A program made the translations under genes and the position numbers. DNA of 64,000 bases, taken from positions 14,337 to 78,336 of the forward strand of contig CAZAFB010000006.1 of the NCBI GenBank assembly GCA_964484505.1. The letters are read 5' to 3'. Positions 50,313 through 60,798 of this stretch are shown here, piece by piece (positions within the stretch are counted from its first letter, which is position 1; every line of letters starts with the position of its first letter). The notes under the pieces were generated by a model. It had not been told where the DNA came from. It saw nothing but the letters and a program-made list of their open reading frames with translations, and made no database searches. Source of the stretch: an uncultured Bdellovibrionales bacterium. Its GTDB lineage: Bacteria > Patescibacteriota > Minisyncoccia > Moranbacterales > GWC2-37-73.

Positions 50313-50325
50313 CATTCTGCGAAAT

Positions 50326-50358
50326 AAAAACAGGCTATCGCAAGATTGCCTGTTTTTT
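50326..50358 (+). terminator. intrinsic terminator
   Basis: aaaaacaggc...gcctgtttttt after the GT39 pair. Confidence 0.7.
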
Positions 50359-50529
50359 ATTAATTATCAAACTTATGCTCAAATGACGACCATCATGAAA
50401 TCATAAGTTTTAAATTAGAGCTAGGCTATTTTCTTTTTAGGCCGTTTTAGCGAGAGCTAATCTGAGCACTTGTCCATAGTTTTTCGGACAAGTGTGTGCC
50501 TAAAAAGAAAATAGATTCAGTTGAACTCA

Positions 50530-51513
50530 TTATTGTTTCTTCTTATTCGCTTTTTCCGTCTTCTGTTTATTTTCCTCTGTTTCTTGCTTTGACGTCTCCT
50601 CTCCTGCAACCATAGATTCACTATCTCCTTGCTCTTCCGGATTTTCACCCTTCAACTTATAGTAGACACGATTTTCAAAACGAAGATCCAAATATTCCAA
50701 TTGCGCTTTAGCGTCAGCACTAAGTTCTTTTTTCATGAATAAAGCCAATGTTTTCATGGTTTCTTCAAGTGGCAACGTCATGGACAATGAAATATTGACT
50801 CCGTCTTTCGTTTTGCAGGAAACTTCTTCTGCCAAAGCCGAAGGTGTGAAGCATTCTCCGGACATATCAAAGGATTGCTCGCCCAAGAGCTTGTGACGAG
50901 CGTTAATAATAAAATCAATGTATTCAGACTTGAGCACTTGCTCGCCCAAATCCACAGGCTTGGCACCAACATTTGTAACCACGATCAGATTGTTCTGAGC
51001 GATTTCCGGTGATTCAAAATCGGCTCCCGTATAAGCATAGCCGTTTTCATCTATGATATAGCAAGGACCTCCGCTGCACCAAACCAAAAGGGAATCCCTC
51101 TCTTTGAGTTTTATCCGCGCCCCGTTGGGAAAAATGCGCTCCACATTGATTTCACTTATTTTGCGGAAATTTTGTTTCAAGATAGTTTCCATTTTTCTTT
51201 CAGGAAAAAGCAATAAATTATTTTTCGGCAAAAAACCGAAATATTTCCCTTCATATATGCCCTTAGAGGAAGATAATATATCTTCACCGGACAAAGTTTC
51301 CACTCCTTCCAAGGAAATACTATTCACTTGCATGTAGGGAGAAAAAAACATCACCCATCCGCAGGCCACAAAAAAAATAGTCACAACAAAAATAAAAACG
51401 ACCCGTGACAAAAGACGAACAGGAATATCTTTTTTTCTGCTTTCCAACCGCACCACCTGACAACCTTCAGGCACTTTCCTTTTTTGTTTTTTCTTTTTTA
51501 TAAACATTTGCAT
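50530..51513 (-). CDS. ftsQ: cell division protein FtsQ/DivIB
   Basis: single TM, POTRA domain (ERIFPN...LKER), YIIDENG, YLDLRF. Confidence 0.8.
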   Translation of the reverse strand: MQMFIKKKKQKRKVPEGCQVVRLESRKKDIPVRLLSRVVFIFVVTIFFVACGWVMFFSPYMQVNSISLEGVETLSGEDILSSSKGIYEGKYFGFLPKNNLLLFPERKMETILKQNFRKISEINVERIFPNGARIKLKERDSLLVWCSGGPCYIIDENGYAYTGADFESPEIAQNNLIVVTNVGAKPVDLGEQVLKSEYIDFIINARHKLLGEQSFDMSGECFTPSALAEEVSCKTKDGVNISLSMTLPLEETMKTLALFMKKELSADAKAQLEYLDLRFENRVYYKLKGENPEEQGDSESMVAGEETSKQETEENKQKTEKANKKKQ

Positions 51514-51611
51514 ATAAATGCGACTCTAATACGCTAATTTGTCACTCTAATGACCCCAATATTCAAGTCATTCGAGTGTTTATTGGTAAATTGGAGTCGC
51601 CATCGCAGGAT

Positions 51612-52487
51612 TTATAGCCCAAGTAAAAGATTTTCTATCGCCAACCTTGAATTGGCGTTGGTCTTTTCCAATATTTCAATGCAATTAGATATCGCTCCCA
51701 CCTTTTTATTAAATATAGCCACATAAGACCTATCCGCAGAATTGTTAATTTCCTTTTCTGCTATCCAAAGCCAAAGTTGCAAGACAGCTACTGCGCCCGC
51801 CGTGTCTTTAGCTATCTTTTCAGCATAAGCAAGCTTATCACTGATATTCATATTGCCAATCTTTCGGAAAAAAACTTCGCCTTCCTGCATTTTTTCGCAC
51901 AATTCAGTGTCTTCTCCCAATAATTTAGCCATTCCTGGTCTACCCATTGCCAGATTGGCCGTTTCGCTAACTATAATTTCATCATCTCCCGCCAACGAAA
52001 ACTTGACGCTACGCATACGCGAATGCAAAGTTGGCAATATTCTCCCCGGCTGATGTGTCACTAAAATCAATACTGAAGAAGAATTTGGCTCTTCCATAGT
52101 CTTAAGGAGAGCATTCTGCGCTCCGGTCGTCAAACGATGCGCATCTTCGATAATTAGTACTTTTTTCTTGCCCCCATAAGGGTATTGCGCCAAAAGTTCC
52201 TGGGCCTCACGAACTTTTTCCACTGAAATATCCCTTGTTTTTATTATTCCCTTCTTCTCTTCACGCTCTGGTTCAACCAAAACCAAATCCATCGCACATG
52301 TCCCACTGTTTTTCAAAGAGAAATCAAGATTATCTATCCCGCTTATCAAAGAAAGTGCGAAAACCTCAGCCAAAGTTTTTTTGCCCACATGCTCTGGTCC
52401 GGAAAAAAGATAAGCTTGTGCAACATTACCTTCTTGCAAACTCCGCCCCAGAAGATCAACTATTTTTTTATTACCGATAAAAATCAT
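51612..52487 (-). CDS. holB: DNA polymerase III delta' subunit
   Basis: AYLFSGPEHVGK, AQNALLKTMEEP, LPTLHSR. Confidence 0.88.
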   Translation of the reverse strand: MIFIGNKKIVDLLGRSLQEGNVAQAYLFSGPEHVGKKTLAEVFALSLISGIDNLDFSLKNSGTCAMDLVLVEPEREEKKGIIKTRDISVEKVREAQELLAQYPYGGKKKVLIIEDAHRLTTGAQNALLKTMEEPNSSSVLILVTHQPGRILPTLHSRMRSVKFSLAGDDEIIVSETANLAMGRPGMAKLLGEDTELCEKMQEGEVFFRKIGNMNISDKLAYAEKIAKDTAGAVAVLQLWLWIAEKEINNSADRSYVAIFNKKVGAISNCIEILEKTNANSRLAIENLLLGL

Positions 52488-52614
52488 AAATTCAGAACCA
52501 CTGATTAATACTGATTTTCCTGATTACACATGATTAAGGAATATCAGTGAAATCACTTTAATCATGCCTGCCCCGCTGAAAGTGAAGCTTTTTTGCGGGG
52601 TGATAATCAGTGGT

Positions 52615-53739
52615 TCATACTATTTTTTCAATATATTCACTGATCTCCTTCTCAAACCTTCCTCCCCCAAACTCCCCCGCTCTATTTTTGATAACCTCCC
52701 TATCGTATTTCGATTCTTTCTCCAAAAACCTCCGCACGCCATCTGCCAATACTTCAGGCGTTTGAGCATCGAAAAATTCTCCCGTAACTCCTTCAAGTAC
52801 AGTTTCACAAACACCACCGCCACGATAGGCAATTACCGGCACACCGTGCATCATCGCCTCCACGGGCGTAATGCCAAAATCATCTTCGGCGGGAAAAACA
52901 AACGCGCGAGCATTTGCATACAATTCAGACAGCTCATCATCCTTTTTCCAGCCAAGTATTTTAATATTCTGTTTGGCAATTTTTTGCAGATACTCAAATT
53001 GCTCCCCTTCTCCGACAACAACCAACGGCAATCCCAACTTATTAAACGCCTCCACTACAATATCGATGCGCTTATACGGCGATAACCTGGAAGCCACCAA
53101 AAAATAGTTACCGCCCGACGATTTAATATTTGTTACCTGTTGCATGTTGCCTGTTGTTTTTTGTATAACAGGTGGATAAATTACTCGACTGTCTCGCCTG
53201 TAATATTTTTCAATACGCCTTTGTGTGTATTCCGAATTGGCAATTAAGAAATCAGGACGATCAGCAGCCAAACGATCCCAAACCCGCACATAACTAAGTG
53301 CGATTCTTGCCAAAAAGGAAAGCCTCTTTTGCTTGATCTCCTTTGCATATTTGTCGTTATAGTCCCACACGAAGCGCATTGGGGAATGTAAATATGCAAC
53401 ATGGATCGTGTCCAGCTTGGTCACGATTCCCTTGGTCCAAGCTCCGGAAGAAGAAATAACCACATCAAAGTCACGAAGATCAAATGCCTCCGGCGCAACC
53501 ATAAAAAATGGCAAGAGCCATCTGTGGCGCCTTCGCAAGAAACCGGGAAATTTTTGCAAATAGGAAACCCTCACCCGCTTTGGATCAATCAGGCCACGCA
53601 TTTTTTCCTTGTCGTATAACAACGTATAAATCGGGGCTTCCGGATACATTTCTGAAAGCACCTTCAAAACCCTTTCCGCCCCACCATATTGGCTCAGAAA
53701 ATCATGCACCAAAGCAACTTTTAACTCCTTGTTTTTCAT
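52615..53739 (-). CDS. GT4 family glycosyltransferase
   Basis: VHDFLSQYGGAERV, HSPMR, EDDFGITPVEAM. Confidence 0.92.
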   Translation of the reverse strand: MKNKELKVALVHDFLSQYGGAERVLKVLSEMYPEAPIYTLLYDKEKMRGLIDPKRVRVSYLQKFPGFLRRRHRWLLPFFMVAPEAFDLRDFDVVISSSGAWTKGIVTKLDTIHVAYLHSPMRFVWDYNDKYAKEIKQKRLSFLARIALSYVRVWDRLAADRPDFLIANSEYTQRRIEKYYRRDSRVIYPPVIQKTTGNMQQVTNIKSSGGNYFLVASRLSPYKRIDIVVEAFNKLGLPLVVVGEGEQFEYLQKIAKQNIKILGWKKDDELSELYANARAFVFPAEDDFGITPVEAMMHGVPVIAYRGGGVCETVLEGVTGEFFDAQTPEVLADGVRRFLEKESKYDREVIKNRAGEFGGGRFEKEISEYIEKIV

Positions 53740-53745
53740 ATATTA

Positions 53746-54606
53746 TTATTCCAACGGACTTTTGATATTTTTCAGATTATTACTTGTGACTTTCGTGTAT
53801 ATTTGGGTCGTTTCCAGCTTTGCATGCCCCAAAAGCTCCTGGATATATCGTATATTAGTACCAGCTTCCAGTAAATGGGTGGCAAAAGAATGACGAAGCG
53901 TATGGCAAGAAACCTTTTTCATTATTTCAGCTTCTTCGGCAGCTTTCTTCACAATCTTCTCGGCACTTTCAGAAGTCAGATGTCCATTGCCTTGCGCCCC
54001 GGTGAACAAATAGTCCGCAGGTTTCTTTAGCAGCATCTGTCTTTTCAAAATAGGTATTAATTTTTCAGATAAAAGCGTGCAGCGATCTTTCTGTCCTTTC
54101 CCGCATCGCACCAGAATAAGGCCTCTATCCAAATCAAAATCACGCATTCGTATCTTGATAACCTCACTCACACGAAGTCCGGCCGAATACATTAGCGAAA
54201 TCAAAAAATGATGCTTGGGATTTGTCGTCACCGCAAGCATTCTTTGGATTTCCTCCTTACTAAGAACGGTCGGTAAATAGTTGGTCTTTTTGGCACATTT
54301 TATGTCAAAAAAGAACTTCCTATTGAGCACTTCCCGATAATAGAATTTCAAGGCATTAAGCGCAACATTTAACGTGGAACTTGCGCAACCTCTGTCTATT
54401 ATCGATTCCAAATATTTTCGAATATCATCATTCGTTACCTCCTTTGGGCTCTTTTTTATAAACTCCAAAAAAAGCCTATTGTAAAGCAAATATGATTCAG
54501 TTGTTCTTCTGCTAAAACCGCGAATCTTTAATTCCCTCTCCAAATTATATACATATTCTCTTTCTTCTGTGGTTTTTCTGCTATTTTTATGATAATATGT
54601 ATTCAT
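53746..54606 (-). CDS. integron-integrase-like tyrosine recombinase lacking the IntI-specific insertion
   Basis: SAM-like N-terminus, LPTVLS, GLRVSE, GKGQKDR, HTLRHSFATHLLE, LLGH, TTQIYT; divergent from the cassette array. Confidence 0.9.
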   Translation of the reverse strand: MNTYYHKNSRKTTEEREYVYNLERELKIRGFSRRTTESYLLYNRLFLEFIKKSPKEVTNDDIRKYLESIIDRGCASSTLNVALNALKFYYREVLNRKFFFDIKCAKKTNYLPTVLSKEEIQRMLAVTTNPKHHFLISLMYSAGLRVSEVIKIRMRDFDLDRGLILVRCGKGQKDRCTLLSEKLIPILKRQMLLKKPADYLFTGAQGNGHLTSESAEKIVKKAAEEAEIMKKVSCHTLRHSFATHLLEAGTNIRYIQELLGHAKLETTQIYTKVTSNNLKNIKSPLE

Positions 54607-54671
54607 AAGGCGTTATGATTACATCAAAATTATACCATGACACCCAATCTAAGCCAACAATTTAACTAGTA

Positions 54672-54690
54672 AGCATAAAAGGAGTTATGT
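54672..54690 (+). other. putative attI-like primary recombination site
   Basis: agcataaaaggaGTTATGT between the integrase start and the first module; resembles attI1 (CCCTAAAACAAAGTT). Confidence 0.5.
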
Positions 54691-54717
54691 GAAATTAATT
54701 TTTCCGCCCAAAAATAC

Positions 54718-55323
54718 ATGAAAGAAGAATTTAAAAAAATTTGGGAAATAGCCCTCCCTTATCAAGACAAACGAGACGATAAAGGTCATGCCAGAATTGT
54801 AACTGAATATGCTATTAAACTATGCGAGACTGAGAGCGTTAACGACATGATTATTGTTCCGGCTGCCATTTTACATGATATAGGCTGGAGTCAGCTTCCC
54901 AAGGAAGATTGGCAAGTTATTTTTGACCCAAACAAAACGCCGGAAATGGAATATGCGGTACGTATAAAGCACCAAGACGAGGGTGTGAAGTTAGCAGAAA
55001 AAATACTTAACGAAGCAGGCTATTCCCCAAATTTTTTTAAACCCATATTGGAAATTATCTCTCAGCACGACACCAGAAAAAAATTTTTTTCAGATGAAGA
55101 CGGTGCTATGCGTGATGCAGACAAGTTGTGGCGTTACTCCAAGACAGGTTTTGAAGCCGACCTTAAGCGAAATAATTTCACGTTCGATTTTCTTTATGAC
55201 AAAATGATGAAGCGGATTGATGAAAAAAATTTTTTCTTCTTCGAGTCAGCCAAGGATATTGCCAAGAACGAGCTTAATGATAGAAAGGAAGAATTTTTGG
55301 GCGGAAAAATTAACATCACATAA
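54718..55323 (+). CDS. HD-domain protein (module 1 cargo)
   Basis: H...AILHDIGW...H...HD...DADK; the stop codon lies in the CATAAC end site. Confidence 0.85.
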   Translation: MKEEFKKIWEIALPYQDKRDDKGHARIVTEYAIKLCETESVNDMIIVPAAILHDIGWSQLPKEDWQVIFDPNKTPEMEYAVRIKHQDEGVKLAEKILNEAGYSPNFFKPILEIISQHDTRKKFFSDEDGAMRDADKLWRYSKTGFEADLKRNNFTFDFLYDKMMKRIDEKNFFFFESAKDIAKNELNDRKEEFLGGKINIT

Positions 55324-55466
55324 CGGCTCGTATCAGGTTCCAGAAATTTGCTCAATTATATTTCAAGGAGTACAAATTTCTTCCACCCAAATTTTTGCCT
55401 CTCTTTTTCTTTTATATTACACTAAGGAAGAGGGCCAAAAACTTCTGATACAAGCGAACGTTCAGC
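55318..55466. other. attC-like site A1
   Basis: AAC-g-gctcgtatcag-GTT ... AAC-TT-ctgatacaagc-gAAC-GTT with two internal hairpins. Confidence 0.65.
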
Positions 55467-55635
55467 GCCATCGCTCGCTTCGCTCACTCTGGCACTGAAC
55501 GGGCGCAGCTTGACAGCCTCATTCGTCACTGCCGCATCGCTCCGCTCGCGACAGCGCCGAACTCGGCTTATGCGAAATAATTGTCACCACGCTAAGGCGT
55601 GGCTCCAATTACATCGCATACGCCGCGCCCGTTAT
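55460..55635 (+). repeat. invariant 171-bp gene-less unit, copy 1 (coordinates include the following GTTAT)
   Basis: identical to 60920-61095 and 63289-63464. Confidence 0.95.
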
Positions 55636-55818
55636 GTGAAATAAAATTCTTTTTCTTTTTTAAATTTGCTTTTTTATAATAAGGAAAAATAAGTTTTTTT
55701 ATCTTTTATAGAGGGGTATAAGGTGTCTTTTTTGCTCCTGGAATCGCAAAAAAGACGATTTTATTTTTATTATAAAATACGCTATAATATATGCAGTTAA
55801 ATCTGCTATTATTAAATT

Positions 55819-57483
55819 ATGCCAAAGCTTAAAGATATCCCAAAATTTGATCGCCCCAGAGAGAAATTTCTGGAAAAAGGGCCTGATGCGCTAACTGATA
55901 GCGAGCTTTTGGCTATTTTGCTTGGTAGCGGAATCAAGGGGACGAATGTAAAGGTATTGTCACAAAAGATTTTAAGGAAATTTGGTGATAATTTGTTAAA
56001 TGTCTCGGTCGATGACTTAATGCAAGTTTCGGGAATCGGACAGGCGAAAGCATTGCAAATTTCATCGGCACTTGCTTTGACGAGAAGGATTTTTAACAAG
56101 CAAAACTCCCTGGATAATTTGATTTTATCTGCGCAAGACGCTGTCGCTCTTGTTTCGGATTTGAAGGATAAAAAGCAAGAACATCTGATTTGCCTTTATC
56201 TCAATGCTCGCAATGCCTTGATAAAAAAAGAGACAATTTCAATTGGCACCCTTGATAAAAGCATTATTCATCCAAGAGAAATTTTCGCCCCAGGACTGGA
56301 AATGCACGCCGCAGGAGTGATACTTGTCCATAATCATCCTTCCGGTGATTCAAGTCCAAGCGAGCAAGATAAACAAGTTGCAAAAAGAATTATTGAAGCA
56401 GGTCAATTGATGGGCGTAAATGTTGTTGATTTTCTGATTGTAGCAAAAAACGGAGTACATAGCATACTTGGTGATCTAAAAAATACCGAGCTGACGAACA
56501 CGGAATATGTCGCAGAAGGATCTCAAGCTTCTCTGTTCGATTTATTGGTAGATGCAAATCAATCATATTTTTATAACAAAAACTCAATGATACAAAAGAA
56601 AAACAATAAATTGAAATTCATAGATTTATTTGCGGGAATTGGCGGTTTTCATATAGCATTTCACAATGCTGGAGCAGAATGTGTCTTCGTGTCCGAGTGG
56701 GACGGACCTGCTCAAAAAACATACAGACACAATCTTTACAAGGTTTCTCCCGAAATGTTTGATTCCGGAAATTTTATCGGAGATATTACGAAAGTTAAAC
56801 CTAAAGATATCCCTGATTTTGATATTTTGACTGCGGGATTTCCTTGTCAGCCATTTTCTCAGGCCGGTTTTAAAAAAGGGTTTAGCGAAACTCGCGGAAC
56901 TTTGTTTTTTGATATTGTAAATATTATAAAAGAAAAAAAACCAAAGGCTTTTTTTCTGGAAAATGTACGTGGCTTATTGAGTCATGACGATGGAAAGACA
57001 TTTAAAACCATAGAAAGAATTATCAAGGAGGAGTTGGGATATTCTTTTTTCCCTCAAGTAGTTAAGGCTTCCGATTTTGGCTTGCCGCAACATCGCCCAC
57101 GTCTTTTTATGGTTGGATTCAAAGATAAAACGATACATTTCAAGTTTCCCGAGCCAGTGAAAGAACTAAAATACACCTTGTCGGATATATTCAACGGAAA
57201 ATGCGATAAAGACATTGGATTTACTTTGCGTGTTGGTGGGCGCGGAAGCAAAATAACCGATCGTAGAAATTGGGATGCTTATCGAGTTAATGGAAAAATT
57301 GTTCAGCTTGGACCGAAAGAAGGATTAAAAATGCAGGGCTTTCCCGATTGGTACGAATTTCCACCGAACTTCTCAAGAGTTCAAGCCATGAAACAACTTG
57401 GCAATTCTGTTGCCGTCCCTGCAATTCAAGCGGTGGCCGAGGAAATTGTTAAAACATTAAAAAAACATGGAAAAAGGAAATAA
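55819..57483 (+). CDS. RadC(JAB)-DNA cytosine-5 methyltransferase fusion
   Basis: RPREK, GIGQAKA, HPREIF, HNHPSGD, then FIDLFAGIGG, GFPCQPFS, ENV, QHRPR, KQLGNSV in one frame. Confidence 0.88.
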   Translation: MPKLKDIPKFDRPREKFLEKGPDALTDSELLAILLGSGIKGTNVKVLSQKILRKFGDNLLNVSVDDLMQVSGIGQAKALQISSALALTRRIFNKQNSLDNLILSAQDAVALVSDLKDKKQEHLICLYLNARNALIKKETISIGTLDKSIIHPREIFAPGLEMHAAGVILVHNHPSGDSSPSEQDKQVAKRIIEAGQLMGVNVVDFLIVAKNGVHSILGDLKNTELTNTEYVAEGSQASLFDLLVDANQSYFYNKNSMIQKKNNKLKFIDLFAGIGGFHIAFHNAGAECVFVSEWDGPAQKTYRHNLYKVSPEMFDSGNFIGDITKVKPKDIPDFDILTAGFPCQPFSQAGFKKGFSETRGTLFFDIVNIIKEKKPKAFFLENVRGLLSHDDGKTFKTIERIIKEELGYSFFPQVVKASDFGLPQHRPRLFMVGFKDKTIHFKFPEPVKELKYTLSDIFNGKCDKDIGFTLRVGGRGSKITDRRNWDAYRVNGKIVQLGPKEGLKMQGFPDWYEFPPNFSRVQAMKQLGNSVAVPAIQAVAEEIVKTLKKHGKRK

Positions 57484-58555
57484 TAAAGGAGAATGGTCGG
57501 AATTTTACGCTTTCCTAAAAATATTAGATGAAAGAAAAATTTTTGCCGCTGATAAAAATCTCGAAATAATTGACGGGAAATTTTTTGTTTTTCATAAAAT
57601 TATCAGGGAGGAAAAAGATGAATCGACTAAAATTTACGATATTTCCCAGTCGGCAACTCAAGTCTTGATAACCGATGAGGATGGTAGGCTATTGAAAGAG
57701 TTTAAAACCGATTCACTCAAGGAAAAAACTTTAAAAATATTTGAAAGAATAAAAAACGAAAAAAGTCGTTCTTTCAATATTCCCGAAGCGCAAGAGTTGA
57801 TGAAAGAATTGCTTTGCACAAAAGTCAAAGCCAGCAATGCAAAAAAAGCCGATTTAGTGGCGATTATTTACGATAGAATTTCAAAAACAATGCCAATGCT
57901 CGGTTTTTCCATAAAGTCCATGGTCGGTGGTGCCTCCACATTGTTGAATCCCGGGCAAACAACAAATTTCATTTATGAAATTAAAGGATTCAGTGGGAAT
58001 GTTTCAGAAGTTAATGCAATTCAAACAAAAGCTCAAATTCGCGACCGTGTAAGAAAAATTGCGGAGCAAGGCGGAACTTTTGAATACATGGGTGTTTCAA
58101 ATGAACAATTTGGATTCAATATGAAAATGATTGACACAGTGTTGCCTGAATTTATAGCCCAAATGCTTTTGGACTTTTTTTCAAACTCACACAGAACGGT
58201 TGCTGATTTGACAAAAGAGCTGTCCGAGAATGAGAATATCAATAAAAAATTTGGTTTATCGCTGACAAATTATGAATACAAAATTAAAAACTTTCTGGAT
58301 GCGGTTGCGCTCGGAATGGTGCCAAGTAAACCATGGGACGGATTTTCAAAGGCACACGGAGGTTATATTGTGGTAAAAGAAAACGGCGATGTTGTTTGCT
58401 ATCACTTGTATAACAGAGATGAGTTTCGTTCCTATTTATATGAAAATACCAGATTTGATGCACCAAGCACGACCAGGTATGGCTATGGTGAATTATATGA
58501 AGAAAATGGCAAACTGTTTTTTAAATTGAATTTGCAAATCAGGTTTTTGAAATAA
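57467..58555 (+). CDS. HpaII-family type II restriction endonuclease
   Basis: NKGEWSE, KAD...GFSIKS, TLLN, GGYIVVKENGDVVCYH, LNLQIRF; overlaps the methyltransferase end. Confidence 0.75.
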   Translation: MEKGNNKGEWSEFYAFLKILDERKIFAADKNLEIIDGKFFVFHKIIREEKDESTKIYDISQSATQVLITDEDGRLLKEFKTDSLKEKTLKIFERIKNEKSRSFNIPEAQELMKELLCTKVKASNAKKADLVAIIYDRISKTMPMLGFSIKSMVGGASTLLNPGQTTNFIYEIKGFSGNVSEVNAIQTKAQIRDRVRKIAEQGGTFEYMGVSNEQFGFNMKMIDTVLPEFIAQMLLDFFSNSHRTVADLTKELSENENINKKFGLSLTNYEYKIKNFLDAVALGMVPSKPWDGFSKAHGGYIVVKENGDVVCYHLYNRDEFRSYLYENTRFDAPSTTRYGYGELYEENGKLFFKLNLQIRFLK

Positions 58556-58562
58556 AACGGGT

Positions 58563-58967
58563 ATGGCTGATATTTTTTCCAAAAAGAAGCGCAGTGAGAT
58601 AATGTCAAAAGTTAGAAGTAAAGACAGTAAGATAGAAGTTGAATTTCGGAAAAAATTGTGGAAAGCGGGATTCCGTTATCGTAAAAACTCAACAAAATAT
58701 TTCGGCAAGCCTGACATTGTTTTGCCGAAATACAAAACCGTAATTTTCATAGATTCTTGTTTTTGGCACGGATGCAAAAAACACAGCTCAATACCCAAAA
58801 CTCGAAAAAAATTTTGGGAAACAAAAATTGAACGCAATAGAGAAAGGGACCAGGAGGTTAGTAAATATTACAAAAAACAGGGTTGGAATATATTTAGAAT
58901 TTGGGAACATAATTTGAAAAATGATTCAGAAAAGGTTTTGAATATAATTTTAGAAAAAATTATTTAG
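58563..58967 (+). CDS. vsr: very short patch repair endonuclease
   Basis: RSEIMSKVRSKD, GKPDIV, DSCFWHGC, RIWEH. Confidence 0.93.
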   Translation: MADIFSKKKRSEIMSKVRSKDSKIEVEFRKKLWKAGFRYRKNSTKYFGKPDIVLPKYKTVIFIDSCFWHGCKKHSSIPKTRKKFWETKIERNRERDQEVSKYYKKQGWNIFRIWEHNLKNDSEKVLNIILEKII

Positions 58968-58968
58968 C

Positions 58969-60666
58969 ATGAAGCTTAAAAAAATTGTTATACAAAATTT
59001 TAAATCGATTATAAATGATGAGGTTATTTTTAATGACTTCACTTTTTTTGTTGGAAAAAATAATTATGGGAAGTCTAATTATTTAAGAGCGGTTGACCAT
59101 TTGCTTAGTTTTTCAAAAACATACGGAAATGTCAAAGAAATTCAAAATAATAAGGAAAACCCAATTGTTATTGACGGATGGTTTGAGGGTGTAGAAAAAT
59201 ATACGCCACAGCTGAAAGACAGTAAACACAAAGAGGCTGTTGAAAAATTAATTAACAGTGACAATTTAATTCAGTTGCGTTTAACTATAAACTTAGACGG
59301 TCAAGGCGAAACATCTCTTATTGATCCTTCAAATAGTGAAACCGTAAATCCGACTGGTTGGTCAACAAACTGTAAAAAGTTATTTCCAGAAACTATTTTT
59401 ATTCCTGCTACTGCAGACACTGCTGACGAACTGCAAGAAAAAGCTTCAACAGCATTATCAAAAATAAAAAAAGAAGTAATGCAACAGTTTTTTACTTCCT
59501 TATCGTCAAAGATTGATACAGCATTTGAGCCAATCGATAAATTTTTACATGGCGAAGAAAAAGACAGATCGGAAGATTTAAAAAATCTAGAAAATGATTT
59601 TGCTGAAGAAATGATGGGTGAATTTTCTACAACAAAGCCATCAATAAAATTCACTTTGCCAGACTCAAGTTTTATCGGCAAAGGAATGAAAATTAACCTT
59701 CATGATGGGTTTCACGATTGCGATATTGAGCAAAAAGGACATGGACTCCAGAGAACGGCTCTCTTTGCTTTAATTCGTCTTTTATCCAAGCACAATTCTT
59801 CAAGCCAAACAAAACCAGCACCAATATTTTTAATTGAAGAACTGGAAGCGTTTTTGCATCCATCTGCTCAAAAAAGATTAGCTGAAAGCATGGAAAAAAT
59901 GGCTGGAAAATATCAAACAATTGCAACAACCCATTCACCATTCGTTTTGACCGAAAAGCTTTTGGGCGGTTATAGAAAAATATTTCGTAATGATAAAGAA
60001 GGATCCAAGTGTTGCGGACCACAGAAAAATCATGATGAATTTAAAAAGAAAGACTATGATGTCGTTAAAAATTCTTTATCGCACACTGGAAATTTAATAA
60101 GTCTGTTTTCAGACATTGTGGTAGTTGTTGAAGGAAGGGAGGATAGCGGTTTTTATCCAACCGTATTGGAATTATTGAAAAAAGAAGAAAACGGACTAGT
60201 TTCCTTTGTCGAAACTGTTGGGGGAGGAAATAGTAATTTTCATGTATCGTATAACTTTTTCAAACTTATGGGATTCAAGAAAATTTTTGTTATCTGTGAT
60301 TTGGATTGTCTCTTTGATACAAATTTTAAGGAGTTGTTAAAAACTGTTTCTGTTGACTCTGATTTTATTGATGATTTTAGGAAAGATATCGGCTTTTCTG
60401 GTGCTGGACAGCCAGGAACGGAGTTTGTTTTATCAAATATTGAAAAAATTGATAATAAAAAAATAACAGATAAAATTTCTGAGTTGGCAAAAATAAATAT
60501 TTTTGTATTAAAAAATGGAACACCGGAAAATTATTATTCAGATGATTTCAAAAAGGACAATAGCGCAAGAAATGTTAAAAAAATATGGGAATATTTAACA
60601 AGCAAAGAAGATTTGAAAAACATAGAAGAGCTAGGTAGTATCATGAATCCGATTTTAAATTCATAA
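58969..60666 (+). CDS. OLD-family ABC-ATPase/TOPRIM nuclease
   Basis: GKNNYGKS, KGHGLQR, IEELEAFLHP, TTHSP, VVEGRED, DLD. Confidence 0.85.
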   Translation: MKLKKIVIQNFKSIINDEVIFNDFTFFVGKNNYGKSNYLRAVDHLLSFSKTYGNVKEIQNNKENPIVIDGWFEGVEKYTPQLKDSKHKEAVEKLINSDNLIQLRLTINLDGQGETSLIDPSNSETVNPTGWSTNCKKLFPETIFIPATADTADELQEKASTALSKIKKEVMQQFFTSLSSKIDTAFEPIDKFLHGEEKDRSEDLKNLENDFAEEMMGEFSTTKPSIKFTLPDSSFIGKGMKINLHDGFHDCDIEQKGHGLQRTALFALIRLLSKHNSSSQTKPAPIFLIEELEAFLHPSAQKRLAESMEKMAGKYQTIATTHSPFVLTEKLLGGYRKIFRNDKEGSKCCGPQKNHDEFKKKDYDVVKNSLSHTGNLISLFSDIVVVVEGREDSGFYPTVLELLKKEENGLVSFVETVGGGNSNFHVSYNFFKLMGFKKIFVICDLDCLFDTNFKELLKTVSVDSDFIDDFRKDIGFSGAGQPGTEFVLSNIEKIDNKKITDKISELAKINIFVLKNGTPENYYSDDFKKDNSARNVKKIWEYLTSKEDLKNIEELGSIMNPILNS

Positions 60667-60798
60667 TACAATACTACAATAAGGAGTTTTTGTTTTTGGG
60701 CATTCACCCCTTACCCCTCTGCCCAAAATCAAAAACAAAAAAACTTATTTATCATTTAGAATAAAAGCAAATTTAAAAAAGAAAAAGAATTTTACATC

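Noticed and set aside
53746-54606. Housekeeping XerC/XerD or prophage integrase
   Set aside because: The N-terminus and motifs are IntI-like, the neighbours are cassette-like modules, and there are no phage genes.
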